Origin: Thermoplasmatota archaeon | GTDB lineage: Archaea; Thermoplasmatota; E2; JACPAO01; JAHFTW01 | DNA length: 16,227 nt | Reading direction: 5' to 3' | NCBI GenBank assembly: GCA_041601615.1 | Contig: JBFIHX010000021.1 | Coordinates: forward strand, 1 to 16,227 | Part shown: piece by piece, positions 6,833-15,772 of the stretch | Numbering within the stretch: the first letter of the stretch is position 1 | Layout: each line of letters starts with the position of its first letter | Program-made: the position numbers and the translations under genes | Notes under the pieces: generated by a model | What the model was told of the DNA's origin: nothing | Databases searched by the model: none | The model's input: only the letters and a program-made list of their open reading frames with translations

Positions 6833-8868
6833 TGGATAACCACAGTTCCGTGGTCTCCTTCATCTGGAGCATCGCGGAGTCTCTGCGCGGCGCCTACAAG
6901 CAGCACGAATACGGCGACGTCATCCTACCTATGGTTGTCCTGCGGCGCCTGGATGCGGTCATGGAAGAACACCGCGACGCGATGCAGGCTGCGGTCAAGG
7001 GCGCCGGAGCCAAGGGCGTGGACTTGGAGCGCTACGTCACCCGCAAGACCGGCCTGCCGTTCTACAACACCAGCAAGTTCCGCTTCAGCAAGCTCACCGA
7101 CGACTCCTCAGACCTCGCGGCCAACCTGAAGAACTACATCAACGGCTTCTCCCCCAACGCCCGCGAGATCTTGGAGAAGTTCCGCTACCACCAGCAGATC
7201 GACCGCCTGCAAGAGAAGAAGCGCCTCTTCTCGGTCTTGTCCAAGTTCAAGGACGCCAAGCTCGGGCCCCAGGACATGGACAACCACAACATGGGCTACG
7301 TCTACGAGGAGCTGCTGCGGAAGTTCTCGGAGATCAGCAACGAGACGGCTGGTGAGCACTTCACGCCCCGCGACATCGTCCGCCTCATGGTGGACCTGCT
7401 GCTGGCCACGGACAACGACGTCATCAGCCGACCCGGCGCCGTGACCACCATCTACGACCCCGCCTGCGGCACTGGCGGTATGCTGTCCGTCGCCAAGAGC
7501 CGCATTCTGGAGCTGAACCCCGCTGCGAAGGTCGTCGCGTACGGCCAAGAGGACAACGACTTCACGTACGCCACGGCGAACGCGGACATGCTCATCCAGG
7601 GCGAGGACACCAAGAACCTCGCCTGTGGCAACACCCTCACGGACGACGCGCACCCGGACAAGAAATTCGACTACATGCTCAGCAACCCGCCCTTCGGCGT
7701 GGACTGGAGCGTGTACGAGAAAGTCAAGGACCTCCTGGACGAAGCGGAGACCGGCAGCGGCGCCAACCGCTTCCATGCAGGCCTGCCCCGCAAGAGCGAC
7801 GGTGCCTTCCTGTTCCTGCAACACATGATCAGCAAGATGCAGTCCCCCGAGAAGGGCGGGTCGCGCATCGCCATCGTGTTCAACGGCAGCCCTCTCTTCA
7901 CCGGCGACGCAGGCAGCGGAGAATCCGAGATCCGCCGGTGGCTCATGGAATCCGACATGGTCGAGGCCATCGTGGGATTGCCGGACCAGTTGTTCTACAA
8001 CACGGGCATCAACACGTACATCTGGATCGTCACGAACCGGAAGGACTCCGAGCGCAAGGGCAAGGTACAGCTCATCGACGCCCGCGACGAGTACCAGAAG
8101 GCCCGCAAGTCCTTGGGCGAGAAACGCAAGGAGCTCACGGACGCGAACCGCGCCAACATCGTCCGCCTCTACGACGAGTTCGAAGAGGGCAAGCAGTGCA
8201 AGATCCTGGACTCCACGGAGTTCGGCTACCGCGTGATCACCGTCGAGCGGCCGTTGCAACTCAACTACAGTGCGAGCCCAGAGCGCGTGGAGCAGGTCCG
8301 CAGCGTCACCCCGTTCCAGAACCTGACGAAGGTCAACAAGAAGCTCAAGCCTGAGCATGCGGAGAAGGCCATCGCGGAAGGCGAGGCCATCCAGGAACGC
8401 ATCATCGAAGGCCTCCTGAAAATCGGCCCCAAAGTGACGACCGACGGGAAGCAGTTCCGGGACCAGGTCAAGGCGGTCCTGGATGAAGCAGGGGGCAAGT
8501 GGACTCCGGCCAACGTTGGTGCCATCGTACGCGCCCTGGCGGAGCACGACCCGAGTGCGCCGGTCATCACGAAGCGCAACGGCGACCCCGAGCCGGACAG
8601 CAGTCTCCGCGACCGGGAACGCGTCCCCCTCGGCGAGCCCATCGAGGACTACATGGCTCGGGAAGTCCAACCGTGGGTGCCTGATGCGTGGGTCGATGAA
8701 GCCAAGACCGACGCCAAGGACGGCGATGTCGGCATCGTCGGCTACGAGATCAACTTCAACCGCCACTTCTACGAATACATCCCGCCACGGCCGCTCGCAG
8801 AAATTGACGCGGCGCTCGATCAACTCGAAACCGAAATCAGCGGACTCCTCAAACAGGTGGCCGCGTGA
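6832..8868 (+). CDS. hsdM: Type I restriction-modification methyltransferase subunit M
   Basis: FIWSIAESLRG N-terminus, GEHFTPR, DPACGTGG (motif I) and NPPF (N6-adenine motif IV). ATG 6832 is coupled to the RHH stop codon. Confidence 0.97.
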   Translation: MDNHSSVVSFIWSIAESLRGAYKQHEYGDVILPMVVLRRLDAVMEEHRDAMQAAVKGAGAKGVDLERYVTRKTGLPFYNTSKFRFSKLTDDSSDLAANLKNYINGFSPNAREILEKFRYHQQIDRLQEKKRLFSVLSKFKDAKLGPQDMDNHNMGYVYEELLRKFSEISNETAGEHFTPRDIVRLMVDLLLATDNDVISRPGAVTTIYDPACGTGGMLSVAKSRILELNPAAKVVAYGQEDNDFTYATANADMLIQGEDTKNLACGNTLTDDAHPDKKFDYMLSNPPFGVDWSVYEKVKDLLDEAETGSGANRFHAGLPRKSDGAFLFLQHMISKMQSPEKGGSRIAIVFNGSPLFTGDAGSGESEIRRWLMESDMVEAIVGLPDQLFYNTGINTYIWIVTNRKDSERKGKVQLIDARDEYQKARKSLGEKRKELTDANRANIVRLYDEFEEGKQCKILDSTEFGYRVITVERPLQLNYSASPERVEQVRSVTPFQNLTKVNKKLKPEHAEKAIAEGEAIQERIIEGLLKIGPKVTTDGKQFRDQVKAVLDEAGGKWTPANVGAIVRALAEHDPSAPVITKRNGDPEPDSSLRDRERVPLGEPIEDYMAREVQPWVPDAWVDEAKTDAKDGDVGIVGYEINFNRHFYEYIPPRPLAEIDAALDQLETEISGLLKQVAA

Positions 8869-10109
8869 GCAAGGTTCGACTGCGTCGTTTGCTTCGGCGC
8901 GTCAAGCGGGTCGGCCACCCGGACGAACCCCTTCTTTCGGTCTACCGGGATCACGGCGTTGTCCCCAAAGATAGTCGTGATGACAACTTCAACCGCGCTT
9001 CCGAGGATCTTTCTGGTTACCAGCTAGTTTGTGTCGGCGATCTTGCCATCAATAAGATGAAAGCCTGGCAAGGAAGCTTGGCCGTGAGTCCTCACCGCGG
9101 CATCGTGAGTCCAGCATACCACATCTACGAAGTCAACGGAAGCGCGGTCGATGGTGCCTTCCTGCACCACCTTCTTCGTAGTCCACCGATGATTGCTCGT
9201 TGGCATGCATCCTCAAAGGGTATCCGCCCCAACCAATGGGACCTTGAGCCCGACGCCTTTCTCGACACACGCATTGAGCTTCCGCCCCTCGACGAACAGC
9301 GTGCCATAGCTTCGTTCCTGGACAAGGAAGCCGCCCAAATCGACGCGCTCATCGCAGCTAAGAGGCGTCAGTTAACTTTCCTTGAAGAACGCCGGCAAAC
9401 AGCAGTTCGTAGTATCTTCCTTGGCCTAGACGACGGTGCTCGCCTGATCGCGACCGGCAACGAATACGTCCCACATATTGGGGGCACGTGGCAGCTCACC
9501 AAACTGAAGCATGTCGTCGGCGACATCATTGACACGGAGCACAAGACCGCTCCGTCCGACCCAAATGGCGCGGCCATGATTGTCAAGACATCCAACGTGC
9601 GCAACGGCCGGCTAATCACCGACGGCGCTGAATGGGCGAATGAAGAAACCTATGCTGAGTGGACCCGACGAGGCGCCCCGCGCCCCGGCGACGTGATCTT
9701 CACTCGTGAAGCCCCGGCTGGCGAAGCGTGCGTAATCCCGGAGACTCCCCGAGTATTGATTGGACAGCGGACGGTCCTTATTCGCCCGCACCCAGAGAAG
9801 ATGGACGCACGCTTGGTTGCGGCGTATCTGGAATCGCCAATCGTCCGATTGTTCATTGACCTCCACTCACTTGGATCCACGGTCGCGCACCTCAACATGG
9901 CGGATATCCCCAATATTCCGGTGCCACTTATTCCACCCGCTCAACAATCCTCCATATTGGCAAAGCTCAACAGAAATTCTGTGCAGGCTCGTGCCGCCCA
10001 GGTAAAGATTTCTGAGTCAATCGAGAAGCTCATCCAGCGCCGCCAGGCCCTCATCACCCATGCCGTAACAGGCCAACTCAAGGTTCCCATGGAGGCCGTC
10101 CATGCCTAG
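8865..10109 (+). CDS. hsdS: Type I restriction-modification specificity subunit S
   Basis: Two TRDs with the conserved helices LPPLDEQRAIASFLD...IDALI and RRQALITHAVTGQL. GTGA overlap with hsdM. Confidence 0.95.
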   Translation: MSKVRLRRLLRRVKRVGHPDEPLLSVYRDHGVVPKDSRDDNFNRASEDLSGYQLVCVGDLAINKMKAWQGSLAVSPHRGIVSPAYHIYEVNGSAVDGAFLHHLLRSPPMIARWHASSKGIRPNQWDLEPDAFLDTRIELPPLDEQRAIASFLDKEAAQIDALIAAKRRQLTFLEERRQTAVRSIFLGLDDGARLIATGNEYVPHIGGTWQLTKLKHVVGDIIDTEHKTAPSDPNGAAMIVKTSNVRNGRLITDGAEWANEETYAEWTRRGAPRPGDVIFTREAPAGEACVIPETPRVLIGQRTVLIRPHPEKMDARLVAAYLESPIVRLFIDLHSLGSTVAHLNMADIPNIPVPLIPPAQQSSILAKLNRNSVQARAAQVKISESIEKLIQRRQALITHAVTGQLKVPMEAVHA

Positions 10110-13071
10110 CACGAAGGAGATCCATTTCGAGGAGCACATCGAGCAGCAATTGTTTGACGCGGGCTACGCCAAGCTCGACCCGCACGCCTACGACGCCGAA
10201 CTTGCGTTGTGGCCGGGCGAGCTCGTCGAGTGGATCCAGGACAGCCAACCGGGAACGTGGGCGTATCTGGAGGAACAGTTCGGCGCGGAGGCGCAGTCGC
10301 GGTTCTTGGATGCGTTCACGAAGCAGGTGCGGTCGGAGAAGGACGGGATGCTGGAACTGCTGCGGCACGGGTTCCACATCCATGGCACGACGGTGAAGTT
10401 GGCGCAGTTCGAGCCCAACACGCTGCTGAACCCGGAGACCCTGGAATTGTACCAGAAGAACCGGATGGGCGTGGCGCGCCAGGTGCACCAGTCCGTCAAG
10501 AGCCCCGACCAGTCGGTGGACATGGTCCTCGCCATCAATGGCATTCCGCTTGCGACGTTGGAACTGAAGAACGAGATGACGGGGCAGAATGTCCAGCACG
10601 CCATCTCGCAGTACCGCCGCCGCAACCCCAACGACCCCTTGTTCCGGTTCAAGGAACGGGCCTTTGTCCATTTCGCCGTGGACACCAGCGAAGTCCACTA
10701 TTGCACGAAACTCATCGGGGAGGATTCGTTCTTCCTGCCCTTCAACAAGGGACACGACGAAGGCGCGGGCAATCCGCCAAACCCGAACGGCCACAAGACC
10801 AGCTACCTGTGGCAGGACACGCTCCAGAAGGACAGCCTCCTGGACATAGTGCGTCGCTTCCTCAACGTCCAACGCGAGGAGAAGGTGGTCGATGGCAAGC
10901 GCAAGACCTCGGAGACCGTGATCTTCCCGCGCTATCACCAGCTGGATGCCGTGCGGAACCTGGTCGACGCTTCCCGCAACGACGGCGCGGGCACGAACTA
11001 CCTCATTCAGCACAGCGCCGGATCCGGCAAGAGCAACACCATCGCCTGGTTGGCCCACCGCCTCAGTACCCTACACGATGACACGCTGAACGAGCGGGTC
11101 TTCGACTCGATCATCGTCCTGACCGACCGCGTCGTCCTGGACAAGCAGTTGCAGAACACGATCTACCAGTTCGACCACCAACCCGGTGTCGTCAAGCGCA
11201 TCGAGGAGAGCAGCGACCAGCTATGTCACGCCCTCGAAAGCGGGGACCAGATCATCATCACGACCATCCAGAAGTTCCCCTTCGTCAGTGGTCTCATCGG
11301 CAAGCTCCCCAAGCGACGCTACGCAGTCATCATCGACGAAGCCCACAGTGGCCAAAGCGGCGAGACCAGCAAGCGAATGAAGGAGGTCCTGGCGGACCAG
11401 GACGACGCGCCGGAGGAACTGGCGGATTGGGAGAAACGTGCCTGGGAACAGGCCAAGGCTCGGGGCAAGCAGAACAACCTCAGCCTGTTCGCGTTCACGG
11501 CCACGCCCAAGTCCAAGACCCTGGAAGTCTTTGGAGTGAAAGGCGAAGACGGCAAGCCGCACCCGTTCCACTTGTACACCATGAAACAGGCCATTCAGGA
11601 GGGCTTCATCCTGGATGTCTTGCAGAACTACGTGACGTACAAGTCGTTCTTCGGCCTCCAGAAAAAGATCAACGACGACCCGGAACTGGCCAAGGGTGCC
11701 GCCAAGAAGGCCATCGCCCGGTTCCTGGACCTGCACCCGACGAACATCCAGCAGAAGGTCGCCATCATCCTGGAACACTTCCAGCAGCACGTCCAGCACA
11801 AGATCAACGGTCGCGCCCGGGCCATGGTCGTCACCAGCAGCCGCCAAGCAGCCCGCAAGTACCGGCAGGCGTTCGATGCCCACATCGAGAAGAACAACGT
11901 ACCCTGGAACGTTCTCGTGGCGTTCACGGGCAAGCTCGTGGACGAGGACACCGGAGAGGAGTTCACCGAAGCCAGCATGAACGGCTTCCCCGACTCCAAG
12001 ACCGCCGCGAAGTTCAACGACCCCGAGTACCGCATCATGATCGTGGCCGACAAGTTCCAGACCGGCTACGACCAACCCCTGCTCTACGCCATGTACGTGG
12101 ACAAGGTCCTGCGCGGACTCAACGCCGTCCAGACCCTCAGCCGCCTCAACCGCACCACGGGCGGCAAGGACGGCACCTTCGTCCTGGACTTCGTCAACAC
12201 CCAGGAGGAGATCCTGGAGGCGTTCAAGCCGTACTACCGGGACGCCCGCATCGAATCCACCACGGACCCACAGGACCTGTACCGGCTACGCAGCCAACTG
12301 CTTAGCGCCATGGTCTTCGCCGAGACGGACGTCCAAGACTTCTGCAAGGTCTATTTCGCGGGAGACGAGCCGGCCAAGGACCACCCGGCCCTCGTCAAGA
12401 TCCTGCAGGGCGTCATGCCCGCATTTGACGCCCTTGACGACGACCAGAAAGACGACTTCGCCCGCGACCTCAAGGCCTTCACGAACCTCTACCAGTTCGT
12501 CGGCCACGTCGGGCACTTCACCGACGCCAAACTGGAGCAGTTCTTCGTCTTCTGCCGTGCGCTGCGGAGCTACCTCCCCAAGGGAAAGGGCACCAAGTAC
12601 GACATCGAAGACGACGTCGCCCTCGAATACTTCCGCCTCGAAAAGAAACAGAAAGGCAGCATCCAGCTCGGCGACGAAGGCGGCACCGTCCCCAAGGGCC
12701 CCGGCGAGGGCGGCGTCCCGAAGGAAGACAAGCGGGACAAGCTCAGCAAGATCATTAAAGAGGTCAACCAACGCCTCGGCACCGACTGGACCGACGCGGA
12801 CAAGGTCCTGGTGGAACAGATGATGGCCGAAGCGATGGAGGACGACCAGATACGAGACGTTGCTCGCAACAACAGCGAGGATAAGTACCGGCTTTTCCTT
12901 GAAGGCATCTTCGAGAATCTGGTCATGGATCGTCTGGAGAAAAACGAAGACCGAGCCAAAGAGCTGTTCAACAGCGCCGATCTACGGAAGACTTTCCTGG
13001 ACTACATGAGCCGCGAAACGTATCGGATGCTGCGCGCGAAATCCAAAGGCAAAGGTTCCGGAACCGCATAA
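10102..13071 (+). CDS. hsdR: Type I restriction endonuclease/translocase subunit R
   Basis: PD-(D/E)xK nuclease motif DMVLAINGIPLATLELK, Walker A HSAGSGKS, DEAH, FTATP, QTGYD and QTLSRLNR. SD GGAGG at 10091. The TAA stop lies inside attC7 R''. Confidence 0.97.
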   Translation: MPSTKEIHFEEHIEQQLFDAGYAKLDPHAYDAELALWPGELVEWIQDSQPGTWAYLEEQFGAEAQSRFLDAFTKQVRSEKDGMLELLRHGFHIHGTTVKLAQFEPNTLLNPETLELYQKNRMGVARQVHQSVKSPDQSVDMVLAINGIPLATLELKNEMTGQNVQHAISQYRRRNPNDPLFRFKERAFVHFAVDTSEVHYCTKLIGEDSFFLPFNKGHDEGAGNPPNPNGHKTSYLWQDTLQKDSLLDIVRRFLNVQREEKVVDGKRKTSETVIFPRYHQLDAVRNLVDASRNDGAGTNYLIQHSAGSGKSNTIAWLAHRLSTLHDDTLNERVFDSIIVLTDRVVLDKQLQNTIYQFDHQPGVVKRIEESSDQLCHALESGDQIIITTIQKFPFVSGLIGKLPKRRYAVIIDEAHSGQSGETSKRMKEVLADQDDAPEELADWEKRAWEQAKARGKQNNLSLFAFTATPKSKTLEVFGVKGEDGKPHPFHLYTMKQAIQEGFILDVLQNYVTYKSFFGLQKKINDDPELAKGAAKKAIARFLDLHPTNIQQKVAIILEHFQQHVQHKINGRARAMVVTSSRQAARKYRQAFDAHIEKNNVPWNVLVAFTGKLVDEDTGEEFTEASMNGFPDSKTAAKFNDPEYRIMIVADKFQTGYDQPLLYAMYVDKVLRGLNAVQTLSRLNRTTGGKDGTFVLDFVNTQEEILEAFKPYYRDARIESTTDPQDLYRLRSQLLSAMVFAETDVQDFCKVYFAGDEPAKDHPALVKILQGVMPAFDALDDDQKDDFARDLKAFTNLYQFVGHVGHFTDAKLEQFFVFCRALRSYLPKGKGTKYDIEDDVALEYFRLEKKQKGSIQLGDEGGTVPKGPGEGGVPKEDKRDKLSKIIKEVNQRLGTDWTDADKVLVEQMMAEAMEDDQIRDVARNNSEDKYRLFLEGIFENLVMDRLEKNEDRAKELFNSADLRKTFLDYMSRETYRMLRAKSKGKGSGTA

Positions 13072-13128
13072 CAAATCGCTCAAGCCGACCCTCGCTGACG
13101 CTCGGGCGGCTTAGCTCAACCGTTAGGC
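13066..13128 (+). repeat. attC: attC site 7 (63 bp), last site of the array
   Basis: R'' GCATAAC 13066-13072; GGAACCGCATAAC is the reverse complement of 6597-6609. Stem GCT[C]AAGCCG[A]CCC...GGG-CGGCTT-AGC. R' GTTAGGC 13122-13128. Confidence 0.95.
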
Positions 13129-13332
13129 CCCCGACACCTATGTCCCTGTGCAAGCCCTGAGTGCTTTCACCTCCAACCCCCGCTGCCATGGTGGTGCCAG
13201 CCCCGGGACCTTCCGGCCAATGAGTGGGATTCTCCATGAGAATTCCCGGGGTCACCGGCCCGCACCACTGCACGCTTTCCCCGACCCCCTCCACGCGCAC
13301 CCTCAAGCAATCGGCCCAACCTAGCTAGTTTC

Positions 13333-13683
13333 ATGGGCCAGTCCGTTCCCACTCCCACCCGCGAGGTCCAAGATTTCGAGGCTCGCCTCACTGCATTCCA
13401 ACGAGAATTGCCGCGTAGTCTTCGTGACGCCTACGACGAACTTCTGCAAGCCGCGTACCGAACCGCCGCAGCTCGCAATCGTGCTGGCGACATGGACCCG
13501 CGCTCCAACATCCTCCTGTCGATGCTCCTGCACACCCATGCCCAGAACCGCGCCCTCACGGAGCGCGTGGAGCGCCTAGAAGGACACGCCGGAGGTGATG
13601 CAGTTGGAGTTCTTGCTGGATGCGTTCCCATCCAGGGATGGACGCAGCATCCGGGTCTGGGTCAGCAGACAATCCCAGCCTGA
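13333..13683 (+). CDS. Small alpha-helical PolB2-associated protein (arCOG07300-like)
   Basis: The pattern MGQSVPT...F.R.L...R..YD.L...A...A......DP...ILLSMLL plus a coiled coil resembles the MGRT.PT small protein encoded next to archaeal polB2. It lies directly upstream of polB2 and overlaps it. Confidence 0.75.
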   Translation: MGQSVPTPTREVQDFEARLTAFQRELPRSLRDAYDELLQAAYRTAAARNRAGDMDPRSNILLSMLLHTHAQNRALTERVERLEGHAGGDAVGVLAGCVPIQGWTQHPGLGQQTIPA

Positions 13684-15772
13684 AGCGCACTCGGTTCCGT
13701 TTGAGGCTCCGTTCACGGTCGCAACTCGGCAAGGATCGCTCACGGACGCTGAAGCATGGCTACGCAAGCGGTCGGATGTGCGCCGCGTTTGGCATGGACG
13801 CACCCGCCTTGACCTCAACGGGCCATTGCATCCAGTCCTGCGCGTCTTGACGCAGCGCTACCAAGACATGCACCGAGTCGCAACGGACATGCGCCGCGAC
13901 CTGGGCATCCAGGCCCTTCACATCTTTGACGTGGATCACCCCGTCGAATCGCGGTGGATGCGACGCAATGGCGTGTTTCCGTTTTGCCGCCTTCGACCTG
14001 GCACCCTGCGGCCACATGAGTCCGAGGATCGCAACGGACTCTCCTACGACTGGCCCGACCTTCGCACCTTGCGCGTCCACGCGGAGACCGGCCCCGGCGG
14101 CGGTCTCTCGTCGCTTCAGGCCGACGGCGAAGAACTGCACATGGGCAACGATTACGACGCTCTCCTGCGTCTCGCCGCCATCCTGAAGGCCCGCGACCCT
14201 GACGTTTTGTTGACCCAGAACGGCCACACGGGCACCATTCCACTTCTACTAGACCGCATCCAAGCCACCGGCCTTCAGTCCCGCGTGCGCCTCGGGCGCG
14301 ACCCGGACCCCAGAAAACCCGCCCAACCCGAGCAATCCTTCCATGTGTATGGTCAAACGCTGCACCGCGCCGCCACCTGGGACCTCCGGGGCCGATTGCA
14401 CATCGACTTGAAGACGAAGTTCTTGCAAGACAGCGACACCCGCGCCAACTTGCACGGCCTCGTTTACTTGTCTCGCATCAGCAATCGAGGCGCCCAACAG
14501 GTCAGCACGCATAGCCCAGGCTACTGCATTCAACAGATCCACATCGACCGCGCCCAGGCGGCCGGCGTGGCGGTGCCGTGGAAACGGAACTTGGTGGAGG
14601 GCTGGAAGTCCATTTCGACGCTCGCGGCCGTGGATCGGGGGGGCCAAGTCCATGTGCCGATGCCGGGAATTTACGAGGATGTCTAGGAACTCGATTTCAG
14701 CGGCTACTACCCTTCGCTCATCGTCCACCGTAATCTGTCGTCGGACACCCTCAATTGCCCGTGCTGCCCCGACGCCCCGCTTGTCCCCGACCTTGGCGCC
14801 CATTTTTGCACCCGCCGCCAAGGCCACCAGTCAGGCGCGTTGGAGCCGTTCGTATTGCACCGCCGCTACGTCAAGGCCATCGAGAAGCGCCATGACATGG
14901 ACCCCGATCGCCTCGCTTGGGCCCAGGCCATCAAGTCCGAGTTGAAGGCGATTGGCGTCGTCTGTTTTGGATATGCGAGGTACAAACACGCAAGGTATGG
15001 CTGTGCGGAGGTGCATCAGGCAATCCAGGCATGGGGCCGGGAGGGCATGACGACTGCCCGCGAGGTCGCAGAGGCCGACGGTTGGAGTCTTGTGCATGGC
15101 CTCACCGACTCGCTCTTTCTGCATCGGCCCGGTGCCACGCGCCAGGACGCCGCCCGGCTCGCCCGCCGGATCACCAAGGCCGTCGGCGTGCCCCTCGAAG
15201 TAGAAGACCATTATCGGTGGATGGTGACGCTTCCGGCCTTGACCCACGGCCCTCTTGTGGGGGCTCCGAACCGCTACTACGCCTGCAACGACGTTGGAGA
15301 AATCAAGCAGCGCGGCATTGCCACGCGCCGCCACGACACACCCCCATGGGTCCATCGTGCCACCGAAGCCGTGCTCGCCGTGCTGGCCCGGGCAAGAACC
15401 GCCGCCGAGTTTCGCGCCGCGATCCCCGTCGCCCGCGCCGCCGTCAAGCCATACCTTGCCGACCTGGACGCCGGCCGCGTGCCCTTGGCCGACCTGGCTG
15501 TGACGATCACCGTCACCCGCGACCCCGACGACTACAAGGCAAACACCCACACCGCCGCCGCCGCCCTGCGCACCCTGCGCCACGCCGGCCACGACGTACA
15601 ACCCGGCCAATGCGTCCAATACGTCGTCCAACGCGGCACCCCCGGCGTTCCCGAGGCGCAGCGCGTAGCCCCTCTAGACCTGCCGGGGCGCGAACCCATC
15701 GTGGATCGCCGGCACTACATGGCGCTCTTGGAGCGCAGTGTCCAAGGGTTGTGGCCGGAAAGTCTTGGCTGA
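13604..15772 (+). pseudogene. polB2: Family B DNA polymerase PolB2 (archaeal type), interrupted by one in-frame TAG at 14684-14686
   Basis: ORFs 13595-14686 and 14840-15772 share a frame. Read-through gives DRGG..PGIYEDV*ELDFSGYYPS (motif A), the NCPCC...HFC insert, LKAIGVVCFGY (motif B), HGLTDSLF (altered motif C typical of PolB2), NRYY and KQRGI. SD GGAGGTGA at 13591-13598 favours TTG 13604 as the start. Confidence 0.85.

Larger units (their letters stand above)
115..13128 (+). mobile_element. Integron gene-cassette array (distal part; no intI or attI in window)
   Basis: Seven related imperfect palindromes (AAC-AA[A/G]TC-[G/A]CTC[A/G]A...T[T/C]AG[C/T]-TC[A/G]xxC-GTT) separate the ORF blocks. 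Cassettes: 173-928, 929-2985, 2986-3672, 3673-4485, 4486-6597, 6598-13122. Each cassette's R'' is complementary to the upstream R'. Confidence 0.95.

Noticed and set aside
7108-8823. 571-aa antisense ORF in hsdM, and the long antisense or alternate-frame ORFs in hsdR and polB2
   Set aside because: These are shadow ORFs caused by high GC3 codon bias, they lie entirely within well-supported genes, and they show no motifs.
115-13128. The repeats as a CRISPR array, REP elements or terminators
   Set aside because: Spacing is gene-sized, the copies are divergent, there are no U-tracts, and the R/L boxes with extrahelical bases and cross-cassette complementarity fit attC.
13129-13332. attI site or integrase remnant after the last attC
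   Set aside because: No tyrosine-recombinase motifs are present, and cassette orientation places intI/attI to the left of the window.
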